Positions 25,521 through 39,074 of a DNA stretch of 64,000 bases are shown here, one piece after another. The notes below the pieces were generated by a model that was not told where the DNA came from, did not search any database, and saw only the letters and a program-made list of their open reading frames with translations. Both the position numbers and the translations under genes were made by a program. Positions within the stretch are counted from its first letter, which is position 1. Each line of letters starts with the position of its first letter. The stretch is from Eledone cirrhosa. Taxonomy: Eukaryota. The DNA lies in contig OZ024750.1 in the NCBI GenBank assembly GCA_964016885.1, positions 8,556,001 through 8,620,000 on the forward strand. The letters are read 5' to 3'.

Positions 25521-25634
25521 ATATAGAAGAGCTTCTACAGGACTAGAACTATTTCATTCGTGAGAAATCATCAGGAAGCTCTGATGATTTCTCACGAATG
25601 AAACAGTTCTAGTCCTGTAGAAGCTCTTCTATAT
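25521..25634. repeat. Near-perfect palindrome (54-bp arms, 6-nt loop, 1 mismatch)
   Basis: Arms 25521-25574 and 25581-25634, loop gaagct, single mismatch at 25551/25604, preceded by (TA)n. Confidence 0.97.
25529..25581 (-). ncRNA. Type I hammerhead ribozyme motif
   Basis: Minus strand reads gagcttc-CUGAUGA-uuucucacgaau-GAAA-uag uucuaguc cug-UA-gaagcuc. This gives a 7-bp stem I, the full conserved core, a short stem II, a stem III with quasi-palindromic loop and a GUA cleavage triplet. Stem II has a U.U at its base, so activity is uncertain. Confidence 0.7.
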
Positions 25635-25778
25635 TAAAACTTTTATACTCTGCTATGTATTGAGTACCTTACTTACTGTGGTTAACCCCGATTGAACCAT
25701 ACACACACATACACATACACACACATATATATATATGTGTACCCCCGATATATATATGTGTACCCCCGATTGAACCAG

Positions 25779-25864
<86 letters not shown>

Positions 25865-26113
25865 TTTATGAGAGATGGTACATGTACTGGTGTTTGTTTA
25901 GTCGTGTATACCATTATTTGTGTGGGAGTTTTTATATGGCAGGTTATAGAATTTGAAATATACTTAATGGTGTGTGCTTTTATACGTACGTATATTGAAC
26001 GAACATATATATGTTTATATATACGAGTGTGTGTGTTAACAGTTGTACGCGAGTGTGGGATGTGAACATATATAATATATATTTACGTACACAATCTCTC
26101 TCTCTCTCACCTA

Positions 26114-26160
26114 CAGTGGTAGCCTGCCAATATTTTAACAACTGGTTCACTAAGCTATCA
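26114..26160 (+). mobile_element. Possible hAT-like terminal sequence
   Basis: cagtggtagcctgccaatattttaacaactggttc resembles CAGTGGT...TTTTAACAACCGGTTC termini. A weak partner aaccggttcgc...cactg lies at 27215-27244. No TSD confirmed. Confidence 0.35.
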
Positions 26161-26429
26161 CAATGTTAATCACTGCTTTTGTATATAAAATTCTAAATTG
26201 GACAATAAACTATCTCTTCATTAATATAATATTAAAATGGGTTAAATTCTGGAATCCGAGAAAACTGGTGACGGTGTGTTGCGACGAACTCATTTATTTG
26301 CACTGATATTTGATTAATCTAAAGTTACGCAGCTGCGGCGCCTATTCTGAAAGTTAAAAATGTCATTGCTAAGCTTGTGTGGTTTTATGAGACGTCAATA
26401 AACTATTGTGGTGAAGGAGAGGAGAATAT

Positions 26430-26615
26430 CAACCCTTTCATGAACTTCTTTTGCTATCGGAGCGCGGTTGGTTGTCCCCCTTCCGCCCTACATGTAAAGC
26501 GAACCCCGCGAGGTGGAGTGACTGTTTCAGCGCGTCTCCCTCGTCGTCCTCCAGGGAAATGCATTCTCCATCTTGTCGGCTGGGACCAAGAGACGGAGGG
26601 CAAGTCAGTTGGTGA
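26430..26615 (+). mobile_element. CRE-like non-LTR retrotransposon C-terminal remnant
   Basis: From 26501 it reads EPREVE*LFQRVSLVVLQGNAFSILSAG, matching the L.QR.SLA.QRGNA..I end motif of CRE-type restriction-like-endonuclease ORFs. It is homologous to 57890-58090. Confidence 0.65.
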
Positions 26616-26789
26616 TGGAGGATACTCGTTTGGATACAGTTGTATTGAATACAGGCTATATATGTTTCACACTTGTATTGAATACAGGCTATATATGTTT
26701 AGTACTCTGAATGTATGTATGTGTAGGTATACAATCGTCAAAGTATAATTTCTAATTATATACACTCTATTTCAATTTGTTAATGAAGT

Positions 26790-26968
26790 ATTTTGAAGTC
26801 TTACTAAAATTATTAATTATTTCATTACTAAGATTGTAATTTTATGAATAGTTCTTATATAAAATTATCATGGAAGATTTTAATTTAAATTGGAAACCTT
26901 TAAAGTAGGTGGTTTTGTTTCACAGTACCAGAGTCGGTTTTGGGCTGGGCTGGAAACTAAAGGGTTAA
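26790..26968. mobile_element. TTAA-terminated DNA element remnant (partner of 1740-1917)
   Basis: Ends ctaaagggTTAA and aligns with 1771-1917. Confidence 0.55.
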
Positions 26969-27679
26969 AGAATCTGGACTGTATAGTAGATATATATATA
27001 GATAGATAGGTAGATGTTTTAAACAACAACAAACGTGACAGGGTTAAAGTATAAGAGACAGGTTGATATATATGCACGATACATCGACCAATCATAGATA
27101 ACATTACTGATATGGCAAGCTAAATAATTCTTGGAAGAAATCCCTTTACTTTGTGGCGTCATTGGCATCATAACATTTCAGTGTGGGTCACTATTCAGTG
27201 TATAGGAAAAGGGTTAACCGGTTCGCATAAATCAGAGTTCACTGTTTCTGTGTAATCGTATATACTTGCATGTATTTGTTTAGATTTGTATTCAAGTATA
27301 TTTGCATGTGTATATTATGTACATTTATATTATATGCATTCAAGTATGTTTGTTTGTGTATATTATTTACATTTATATTATGTACATGTATATATGCATT
27401 CAAGTGTTTGCATGTGTCTATTATGTACATATACATATGAATTCAAATGTTTGCATATATGTATTACTTACATTTGTATGAATGTATCGTATGTACATGA
27501 ATATACATACCTTTATATTTGCATACGCTCGTGTGACTTTTACATTGCTATATATCAAAGTGTATGTACATATGTACACATCAGTACGTGTTGCCAATGT
27601 CTGCACTGATTCCATGAATAGTCTTGTCATATTCAACAGCATAAAGGCATGATCACTACACATATCAAGTTAAAATAAT

Positions 27680-27810
27680 TTTCTACTTTTGGCACGCGGC
27701 CAGCAATTATCCCAGTACATTACTGGTATTTTATTTTATCGACCCCGTAAGGATGAAAGGCAAAGTTAACCTCGGCGGGATTTGAAATCAGAATGGAAAG
27801 GGCCGTAGCT
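27680..27810 (-). mobile_element. Young 5'-truncated SINE family A with 18-bp TSD
   Basis: TSD atatcaagttaaaataat at 27662-27679 and 27811-27828. Confidence 0.93.
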
Positions 27811-28689
27811 ATATCAAGTTAAAATAATATCAATGAACCACTTCACAAACCATGAAGAACATGTAACTAAAACATCTAGGTCTCTTCACAATTTAGGTTT
27901 CTTTGTCACTGCGGCCCTCCTTTTAACGAAGACACATCATCATGTAAAAATTGGGTTTCCTCCTCAAAGCCACAACATATTTACTAACTCTCTACAAAGC
28001 TGAAGTGATACCTTTCACAGAGTACAGTTGATGGAAATTGTGCAGAAATTAGTCACATATATATATATAAATAAACTCACACACATACATCCTATATATA
28101 TATATATATATATATATCTTACGCTCTTTCCTACGTTCTTCTACACACTATACATATCTTTCTACATTCACTTACATCTCTCTCTCCACCACCGGATCTT
28201 GTTACCTGGAGAATTACCCATCTGCATTGTTGAGGCTTCCAAAACGACCAAAAGAAAATATATCTTATTATTCCACAATGCTTCAAGCAAACTTCAATAC
28301 TCTCTTATATATATATATACACACACATATATATATATATATAGAGAGAGAGAGTGAGAGAGAGGGTAATAGCCTTAAAATAGCATTTGAAGTATACTGT
28401 GTAAAGCATTACTTTGTTTTGTTTTATTTGTTATACTTTCTGCTTTAAATATCTATATATTTCTACCACATTGTACCGGCCTTTTGAAACTTATCAGTCA
28501 TATATATGTTGGGCTGCTTGTGATTGTATGCATTTAGATGACACACACATATCTATATATATGCATGTGTGTGTGTGTGTATATATATATCTGTGTGTGT
28601 TTGTAGAATCAGTAATGTAGATGTCACTAGAGCTGTAACTACAATAAATGACACGACGGCTAGCTGCAGTTGTAGGGAAAATGCACCTG

Positions 28690-29050
28690 TTAATTTTGAT
28701 GTTGTGACTACTGTTGCGCTGCTGCTGTTGATTTTATTGGCTTTGCTGTTGCTATTATTGTCACTGTTTTGTTATCGTTGTTGTAGAAACTAAAGCTGCT
28801 ATTGTTTCTGTCTTTGTTGTTGTAACTGCTGCTGTCATGTCTTTTGTTATTGCTGTTGTTGTTGTTGCAACTGGTGCTGTCGTTTCTTTTGTTGTTATTG
28901 CGATTGTTAAAAGAAGTGCTGCTGCTGTTTCGTTCGAGGATCTTGTAGTTGTTGATCTTGTTACTGCTGCTGCCCTTCTTGCTGTTTTTGTTTTTTGTTG
29001 CTGCTGCTCCTGTTGTTGTTGTTGTTATAATAGTTGTTATTGATGTTAAC
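28690..29050. repeat. Degenerate (GTT/GCT)n low-complexity tract
   Basis: Eroded trinucleotide repeat. Confidence 0.85.
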
Positions 29051-31204
29051 ATTAAACATTTTGGTTGTTTAGCGCCAAGTCAACGTAGACCGAGCTGAAT
29101 TAGGATCAAAGAAGCTTAGGACTTCAGAATTCCCCCTTTAAAGGATATCCTGGGGACTTTAAGATGGTAGAGGATTAAATGTGAGGAAGCATTGGTTGCC
29201 ATTTCGAACAGGTGGTACAACCACACGGAAACCTTCACATTGGCTCATCATTCAATTGGTTGTTGTCTATGTTGTTTAGCTTTTGTTCAAAGGTGTTTCA
29301 ACCAAGTTCAACCGGTTTCTTTAAAGAGTATCGAGGAATATATGATGTTATTTGAGGGAGAAACACCTGTTATGTCTAGTAAATGTGGTGATGACATAGG
29401 CGCTCTCTGAACTGCTTCTGTTGTTCTACTTGTAGGTGCCGTTGATGTTGTTTTTAATGTTGTTATTATTGCTGTTGCTAATGTTGGTGTTACTGATACT
29501 GTTCTTGGTGTTGCTGTTGTTTTGGAAATTATTGTTGTTGATGTTCATGCTATTATTGCTGTTTGTGCGGTTGTTATTGTATCTGGGATAACTGTGTTGT
29601 TGGTCTTATGAATTAGCTCTTGTTTGATTTTCTTTGAATAATTGCAGTTGCCGATATCTTTGTATCTCTCCTTCTAGTGATTTAAGATCTGGTAGTAACA
29701 GATAGATTATGCTTCGCTGATGAGCTCTAATAAGAGCTCTTCTGTATATTTAACCCGTACCATCTTTGTTGATGTTTCTTTGTAGTTACCATTGAACCAG
29801 ACTTACAATAACGAAAAGTTTTCTTTTTTTTATATTTTACAATAGAGCTTTCTCACCCATCCCACGAAGAACACACACAAAAAAAAAAACTCCAGATGAT
29901 TTCCAATATTTTGTAATTATTTTTGACTCGACACAACAAACAATTGGTGTCAGAAAATCTATCATCTTACATAATTTGTTTTTTATTCTATTATGATTTT
30001 TTTCGCTTCTATTACATGGTCTGAGAAATGAAAGTGGAATCGTTGTTGAGAAACCGGCAGTATGGCGCACAAGTCTGCTGTATCAATAATCCTTTCCCCG
30101 TAGCTTCTATTTGTTGTTTCACTACTGTAATAATACTACACTACTCACCTATTATTAGACTACATCGTATTATTGAGCCATATGTGTGTGTATCAATCGT
30201 ATAGCTGGTGTTGAGTTACAGTTCTCGTCATTTGCTGTACGAAAAGGTTTCGCATTCTGCATTAGTCTTCAGAAGCTCCTTATTTGTCTACATTCTGTGG
30301 CCTGGTCGGCTCTATGCATGATGATGCTTCTGGGATCACTGACTTAACATGACCCCAGTCTCATCGAACAAAAAGATTTATTGAGTGGATTGTTTTATCG
30401 TCTTCTTGTGTCTGAGACTGTTGCTCTCTTAGGTTGTTGTCGTTTGCCTGATTGAGATCAGAGATCAGTGATCAGTTATGTTTCCAGGGCCCACCGCAAT
30501 GAGGTTGACAACTCGGGTCCCTTGTTTTATAGTGTCAGGTATCTATAACGTAGAATGCAAGTTGTGCGAACCCTTTAAAGTGATTGGGTGTGGTAACTGT
30601 GAAGCCTGTATAGTGTGTGGTTCATGTTATATTAATCAATGCCAACTGTGTAGAATGTGTTGTACGAGTTGTTCAGACAGTGTACCATGTGGTATATATT
30701 ATTCAACTGGAACTGTTTTATGCTGTATACATGTTGTACAGAATAAAGTTAATTTCAGGAATGTGTATACAGTTGTCCTGATGTTTATGCTTTTGTTCAT
30801 GTTTTACTTCATTAAATTATAAATACTCGATCATTATTAAAACTATTTTTACTTTCATGTCTAACATCCTTCTTATTTCATTTCAAGTCGTTTTCGCACT
30901 ATATTTTACAACATTACAATGTGAAAATAGTATGGAAATTAAGTATATAGCTACACCAACATAGTAGATAAGGCTCACATAATTTTCCATGACAAAAATA
31001 ACAACTTTGTACAAGTAATATCAAATTACATAGCCATACCAAATGACTATAATACTTATGCAGAATCTCGATGAAAGCGGATTACACTGGCAGAGATGTG
31101 GATAGTCGTGGAATTAAGACAAAAGGTAAACAGAAATAACAAAGCAAATGAAACAGTATAATGGAGAATTATATTAGGGCCGATAGACTCTCATCCTATA
31201 TATG

Positions 31205-31550
31205 ATTATAATGCCGTGTGGTATTTGTTCTGGTTCTTTGTTATGAGCTAATTCCCGCCTAGGTTAGCTTTGCCTTTCATTCTTACAGGGTCGATAAAAT
31301 AAAGTACCAATAACACACTGGGGTCGATTTTATCGACTTTCCCCTCCACCAAATTATTGGCTTAGTGCCTAAATCCGAAGCCAAAAACATTATAAGGCTT
31401 TGTGGTATTTGTTCCAGTTCTGTATGTTCTGAGATCAAATCCCGCCCACCCCGGAGTCGATAAACAAAAGTCCCAATCAAGTAATCAGATCGTTATAATC
31501 GATCCCCCCTCTCACAAATGCTTGGCCTTGGTGCTTAAATTAGAAACCAT
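31205..31550 (+). mobile_element. Two tandem old SINE family A copies
   Basis: tttgcctttcattcttacagggtcgataaaataaagtacc and a second B box gagatcaaatcccgcc...ggccttggtgcttaaattagaaac. Confidence 0.75.
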
Positions 31551-32809
31551 TTACAATGTGTTTTTGTCAGTCCTGGCTTATATATTTCAAATATTGTCGT
31601 CATATCTGTGCCGTGTTCGGGGTTTAGTGGTGATAATACTTATTTTCCGTATCTATATAGACCTGTCAGCTTAGTGTGGAAGTGATATATTTACCGATAT
31701 GTGAATATATATTTTGTCTTTGTACGGACTGATCAGTCAGAAATGATTTAGTTAATGCTGTCATTGCATTGAGTGCATAATATGTACGAGGTGTTAGCTT
31801 CTTTTTGCATTTTATTTTTGGGGGGGGACTTATTTTCGCTATTGTTAGCCAGTAATCCGTTGTAACTAATAGACCTTACGAATCTGCTTTTAATCTAGAA
31901 TTTTTGTGCTATTGTTGTCTTTTACATTGACTTACTTTCTCGCAGTGGAGTTTTACAATATATTGGCCATGAAGTGTATTTTTCTTTTATTTAATATATT
32001 TTGGAGTTTCATTTTACTTTTGTATTTTTATTTATTTATTTTTTTAAATTTTCTGCTGATTTGACCTTATTTAAACTATTTTTTTTTTCGCTGTAATTAG
32101 ATTCTAGTATATATTTTCTTATTTTCTTACATACAGAAAAAAAAATGTTTGTCTTATTCATGATCTCTTGTTATAGTAATCAGTTTTTATCTACTTACAT
32201 CGTCGTAACTTTTCTTTTCCGTCGTTGTTACTTTGTAATACTTCTCTATTTGTATCAAGACCCCGTCCTACCTTTCTACTATGTTCGTATATTCTACATA
32301 TATCAGCATTATATTTTTTTAATTCACATAACTTTTAATTTACTATGTTGAATTTGTAGTTTAATACTGAAATGTCGAGTGAATTTATATTATTCTATTT
32401 CTAGCATTGATTTACTTTTCAATATCAATCAGTCGCGTTCTCGAAAGATTTCTTTTATTTTTATTTGTGTGTGTTGTGTCTCACAAGTTTCATCTATTCT
32501 GAATTATTAATTTCTATTATTTTATTCAACTTGTTTGAGAAATAAACCAAAAGTTTCCTGTAATAAAACAAGAGTTAGGTACATGCATGCATGGTCCCAT
32601 ATTTACTGAGTGTGTCGTTAGGGCACCGTATTGACATACGGCGTTTCTAGGACATTTTAAACCTTGGTGGAGCCATCTCCTCTCCAGCTCTGAGGTCGGC
32701 AGGAAATCAGAAAGAGATATAGAGGAAGAATCGACCCCCAGTACTTGACCGATATTTTTTTTATCGATCTCGAATAGATGTTTTCAAACTTGACCTCATT
32801 TGCATCATT

Positions 32810-33120
32810 ATTGCAGTATCAGTAGAGAGTCGGACACCATGCTTTTCAGCATAGAGTTACGGTCCGAGTTCAAATCCCGCTGAGGTTAACTTTGCCTTTC
32901 ATCCTTACGGGGTCGATAAAATAAAGTACCAGTAATACACTGGGATAATTACTGATCTTGTCCCAAAAGTAGAAACAATTATTATTATACAAGGGCGGTA
33001 GATTGGCAGTATCAGTAGAGCATCGGACATGTTTTGCAGCATAAATTTACAGCCCTTTACGTTCTGAGTTCGAATCTCGCCGAGGTTAGCTTTGCCTTTC
33101 ATCCTTACGGAGTCGATAAG
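32810..33120 (+). mobile_element. Two tandem SINE family A copies (32810-32988 and 32992-33120, the latter 3'-truncated)
   Basis: A-box-like gcagtatcagtagag, B boxes gagttcaaatcc and gagttcgaatct, and the central domain. An old antisense fragment lies at about 32727-32800. Confidence 0.9.
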
Positions 33121-36100
33121 TAACCATTTATGTATTGTATGTATAAGTGTTTAAACTCGTCCTCCTACCTACAGAATATAGTCTGTTACCCCACCTCTTA
33201 AATAGTATTTCACTCTCCCTCCTTAAATATAGTCTGTCACCCCGCCTCTTAAATATAGTCTTCCACTCACACGTATTGTCATATAGAAAACAATTATTAT
33301 TCTCCCCCCACTCTCCGTATATATATATAAATTTAAACAGTGAATCCCACAGAACACGTAATTTGGAGTACTTTTTCTAAATGACCTTACCAATTAATCA
33401 TGATCAGGTAAATCTGGATTTACTTACATATGTGTGTGAACTATCTATTTTTTTTAACCATATATCACTCTCTGTATAAACTATATTGTTCTGTAGAGGA
33501 ACATTTTTTTTTTTTTTGTTTCTAATCTATCCAAATATTTTTTCATAAAACTTCCATGGCTGCTTAAAGGGCTCCAAACGCAATTGGTGTCTGCAAGAAA
33601 ATCCCATAAATCTGTAAAGATAACATCTATTGATTAATGTTTGAACACAACAGTTACCAAATGTTGAACTTCAACAACCAAACTGACACATAACATTAAC
33701 ATATGACATCAGTACACAATTCATTACATATTATAGAAATCGATAGCAAAATAATTAAAGTATATATATATAAATATATACAAACGCTTCATAAAAATAA
33801 TGGAGACGAAGAGGTCACTCGACTTAGGAGACATGTTAGTTACATCTCATCCAAACCAACTCTTGATTATTTATTTACTTAATCAATTTAAACGTCCGTA
33901 TAGAGCTCGTAAGCCATGACAGACTAGGGAAAGTATCGAGTACTCTTTATAGTTGGTAATCAATAATAATATGTATATTGGGTCATATCATTTTCTTTTT
34001 TCTTTTGGGGCTTGTTCTAGTCGTTTGGTCAAAGGAACGACTATTCGTTGAATTAGCGTGTAACTAACTAAATATTGCATATATATATATAATCAGAACA
34101 TCATTTTCAGGGAAATTCGTCCAGCTTTATCACAATGACTAGAGTTTTCATAATTTAACATGTTCTTGCTCATATATTACCTTTTAGAGCTTTGTTGCCT
34201 AATTCATTGTTACCAACACGTACTACCTGAAAGATTCGTTTTTTTTTTTTTGTTGTTTTTTTTAAAACTGGATCGAACTTTCCAGTTGCATGACAAACAG
34301 TTCTCTAGAATCTTCTTATTCCCTCCTCTTAGGTCAACTGTATGCTAAACTTTTCGTATTTTGTTCATTACATTCACCTGACCATACTAACAATTACCAA
34401 ACGAAACATATTTTTTAGTCACTAATTCCAACACACTGACAAACAGAATAAATCTATAGTTTTATGTCTGTCTTCCCAAATGAATTCATTTTCGCATCGA
34501 ACTTTACAGACTTTCTCATTTTATGTGTAATAATAATCCAGACCACGGGGAAGATGTAGTTGGCGGAATAACTATTCATCCGCTCAACTGCTAACGTTGG
34601 TGAACACTAAATCTCTGGGTGTCCATTTATAGCTAGATTGAACTGAGATATTTAATTGTAAACTGTCTGGAATACGAACTTGGCCAAATACAGCTCGTGC
34701 TCAGGTCACTCAGTGAAATATATATATCGATGAAAACATACTTGAAAAATTACACAACAAATAATCATGCCATAAATCATGGAATTAATGTCATAGATAG
34801 AATTAATTGGTTATCAGAGCAGACTATTGTAATTACGACCAATATACATATTTAGAAAACGAGAAATGGCGAAGCGTCAGGGACTAGTAATATTTAAGGA
34901 AATTTCAACAATTTTAACAAGACAAGTGATTAGTCAAGAATTAATATATTCTTCAGTCAGACAAATTGGCATCATTGAACTATGTAATCTCAACGGACAT
35001 CGATGTCTTCAACTCTACAATATAAACATTCATGAAGCTAACAGAACATTTATCCCCTAAGAACACATTGACAGTAAATACAGGAATATATGAGAAATAA
35101 AAAGCAAGTCTCAAACGAATAAAGCAAAGCAAAACAAAAGCGTCATTAATAAATATAAAGTAACAAATAAAACAGTGAAAACAATATGTAACGGATATTT
35201 GTTGAAATAATGGAACACTAGCATTGATATGAAGATGAAAGAATGAACGAACATACTCACGTGTGTGTGTGTGTTCTTTCATTCATGTGCATGTGGGTGT
35301 ATATAAATATGTATGTATGTGTATATATAAGTGGGTGTGTGTGGGTGTGTGTATATATGTGTGTGAGTATATATATGTGTGTGTGTGTGTGGCTGTGACT
35401 CAATCATAGAGGTTTTCAATTCTCAACAGAGAGATCACATTTTTCACACGAATAAACAACTTTCAACTAATGTTAAAATTCCTGGTGTAAAATTATCAAA
35501 AGCTAAAGTAAGAATTATGAAATAGTTCATTAAATTATTGACTTAATGGTAAAATGTTTCATGTGCGTGGAAATATGTTTATATATAAATATATATGTTT
35601 ATACACACGCACACGCACGAATATGTTCATATTTATCTGTATTTCTTCGTGTTTTTGTAGTAATGTATTTATATGCACACTGACACATGCATACCCGAAT
35701 ATATGCCTACATACACATATTTGAAAGTAAGCGCATATTTACATACTTTTCATAACTACAATACTCACATCTGTATACAAACATTCAATCTTATATCAAT
35801 GCATATATATATATATACTCAATTATGCACACACTTGCATCTGTCTTCTGCTATATTAATGGAACTAAGCCGTATAATACAATATTATACACATGTAATG
35901 CATAAAATAATATATATTTAATATTTATATGATAAAATGAGACGTAGCAGATCATGGAATAAATTAGAATACGGCAAATGTATATACTAAAAGTATATAC
36001 AGAACAATGTTCAAAATATAATACATATATATATATAATACGTATATCAACGTCAAAATATAATAAGTATATCAGCGTCAATATGCAGTGCGTATCCTTC

Positions 36101-36255
36101 TCTGCATGTAATTAATATAAAAATACATATGTGTATTCCAAAATATTAACATGCGTACACGCATATGTCATAAGCTTACTTATCGCAGTACATACACGCA
36201 TACACACTAACACCTCTCTTTCACACATACACATTTATATATTTATTTATATATT

Positions 36256-36288
<33 letters not shown>

Positions 36289-36290
36289 AA

Positions 36291-36440
36291 CGACGGCTAA
36301 TTTTAGTCCAGAATTAGCCGTCGAAACGGCTTGAGCTCAGCCGCCGGAGTCCTACTCGTTCCTATTACCCACTCTACTACCCCAAGTATTGAGTACTTTG
36401 GTGCGTTATGGTCCATCTGGTTCCTTACCACATTTCCTTC

Positions 36441-36445
<5 letters not shown>
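36291..36445 (+). mobile_element. Hammerhead-3'-half element (same family as 23821-24012) in (TA)n
   Basis: gacggctaatt...aattagccgtc-GAAA-cggcttgagctcagccg-cc-ggagtcc plus the shared tail, with (TA)n on both sides. Confidence 0.75.
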
Positions 36446-36485
<40 letters not shown>

Positions 36486-37016
36486 CACAGAGAGAGCAAT
36501 AAACTGTAGGTTAATATGCGCAACCGTCTCTCCTTCTTTTTCTTAATATTGATACTTCGTCTGATGCATTATCAATGACGTGGAGTGCTTACGGTTGATT
36601 ACACTAAGTAGATCGACCAACACTGATTATTAAAACAAATATGTAATGATCTTGTGGGCACAGTCAATAACAGGGGGGAGGATTTCACAAAACTTTGGAT
36701 TTGCAGATGATATAGCTGAAGATTCGATGTGGTACCCTTTATTTTTGTTGGTCACCTACATTAATCTCTATATGTTTTATTTTAATAACATCGGCTGTGA
36801 TAGTTCGTTGTGTTGTCTTATTAGATGAAGAATTACAAAAAACAATCGAAGGTTTGGACAACTTTCATAGGGGAATGATCTCAACAAATATTCGGGGAAA
36901 AAAATGTAAAATATTGTAAATATAAATATAAAATCAATAACTAATCTCATTAAAAAAGAATAACGAATTCCTGAAAACCCCAAGACAAATTTTAAACCAA
37001 TATTAAAACTGTTTTT

Positions 37017-37085
37017 AATAAATAAATAAATAAAGTACCAGTAATGAACTGGGTAATTGCTGGCCTTGTGCCTAAAGTAGAAACA
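37017..37085 (+). mobile_element. Heavily 5'-truncated SINE family A with 18-bp TSD
   Basis: TSD aatattaaaactgttttt at 36999-37016 and 37086-37103. Confidence 0.9.
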
Positions 37086-38086
37086 AATATTAAAACTGTT
37101 TTTTTTCTTGTTTAATCTCAACTCATCTCCACTTGAAATGTGTTGTTAACCAGAGTTATTAAATATTTCATGTATGACTACATAATCCAATGAGCCATTC
37201 GTTTCTTAAAATGGTGGGTTATAATTTGAAGGAGATTTGGTTGCTATTTTTAGCACTCCAACCACCATTCAGTAGCTCTATCTAAGCCTGGTTATTGTTA
37301 CTGGTGTCTTTTTTCTTATTAAGTAAAGCTCATATTTTAATTAACATTGTTGTGTCACCTATGACTAGGCCTTTGGATTCATTTGTGCCACTTTGCAGGT
37401 GATAATGTCCGTTAATTTCTATCCAAGACTTCCTTTAATTGCATTTAGATCATATACAATATAATTTTAATGTTTTGAAATGTCAGAACACCAATTAGAT
37501 AATTTTGAGGTGTCACACCTCTCCACTAATCAAATACAGTTGGATGGAAGTAATAGATATATAGAGAGTATTGCGTCGGCTATGTATAATTGTAGTTGTT
37601 AGTGTTTTATTGTAGATTAGTTTAAGATCATGGAATAATTGTGTGTAGTATATTTGATGTCGCTGTTGTTATTGTTGTTGAAACCAGGATCAAATGTTAA
37701 AACTACGACCATCTTGTCTTCTTCAGCCAGTGTATCCAGAACTACATTATCCAATGTGTTCTTCTTAAAAGACCGTATGGTGTATTCTGTGAGATATCTA
37801 AATTTAGGATATCGATCAACAATGTAAAGATTCCTTCAATATGACTAATGTGTAGGGGAGTATATCATTGTTTGAATATTGAGTAGGAATAAAATGATAG
37901 ACTTTGAAGTGGTTTCACTATTTTCCTATAGAAGTTAATTTCTGTTAAACCCCCCACTACTTATTCTAATATTCCATGAAATCTGCGTACGAAAATTGAT
38001 GTTGAGTTCAACCTTTCACCCTGGCGCCAAATGGATGTGAGGTTAATGCCAAAATAGTGTTTGTAAATAAATAAATAAATAAATAA

Positions 38087-39036
38087 ATATATATGTGTGT
38101 ATGTGTATGTATGTATGTGTGTATGTGTATATATGTGTGTATGTGTATATATGTGTGTGTATGTGTATATATATGTATGTATGTGTATATATATGTATGT
38201 ATGTGTATATATATGTATGTATGTGTATATATATGTATGTATGTGTATATATATGTATGTGTGTATGTGTATATATATATATATATGTGTATGTGTATAT
38301 ATATGTGTATGTGTGTGTATATATATATATGTGTGTGTATATATATATATGTGTGTGTGTATATATATATATGTGTGTGTGTATATATATGTATGTGTAT
38401 GTATATATATATGTATGTGTATGTATATATATATGTATGTGTATATATATATATATATGTATGTGTATATATATATATATGTATGTGTATATATATATAT
38501 ATGTATGTGTATATATATATATATGTATGTGTATATATATATATATGTATGTGTGTATATATATATATGTATGTGTATATATATATATGTGTGTATATAT
38601 ATATGTGTATGTATATATATATATGTATGTGTATGTATATATATATATGTATGTGTATGTATATATATATATGTATGTGTATGTATATATATATGTATGT
38701 GTATGTATATATATATGTATGTGTATGTATATATATATGTATGTGTATGTATATATATATGTATGTGTATGTATATATATATGTATGTGTATGTATATAT
38801 ATATGTATGTGTATGTATATATATATGTATGTGTATGTATATATATGTGTATGTGTATGTATATATATGTGTATGTGTATGTGTATATATGTGTATGTGT
38901 ATGTGTATATATATGTATGTGTATGTGTATATATATGTATGTGTATGTATATATATATGTATGTATATATATATATGTATGTGTATGTATGTATATATGT
39001 GTATGTGTATGTATATGTGTGTATATGTGTGTGTGC

Positions 39037-39072
<36 letters not shown>
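38087..39072. repeat. ~1-kb compound (TA/TG) microsatellite with higher-order units
   Basis: Units such as gtatgtgtatgtatatatatat. Confidence 0.97.

Positions 39073-39074
<2 letters not shown>

Noticed and set aside
30312-30372. ~60-bp similarity to 59035-59092
   Set aside because: A real dispersed match but too short to classify.
30478-30822. Cys-rich 114-aa ORF
   Set aside because: The cysteines derive from TG-rich low-complexity sequence and show no recognisable spacing pattern.
35255-35285. Minus-strand GTGAGT donor after a short ATG frame
   Set aside because: The putative exon is mostly CA repeat and is likely chance.
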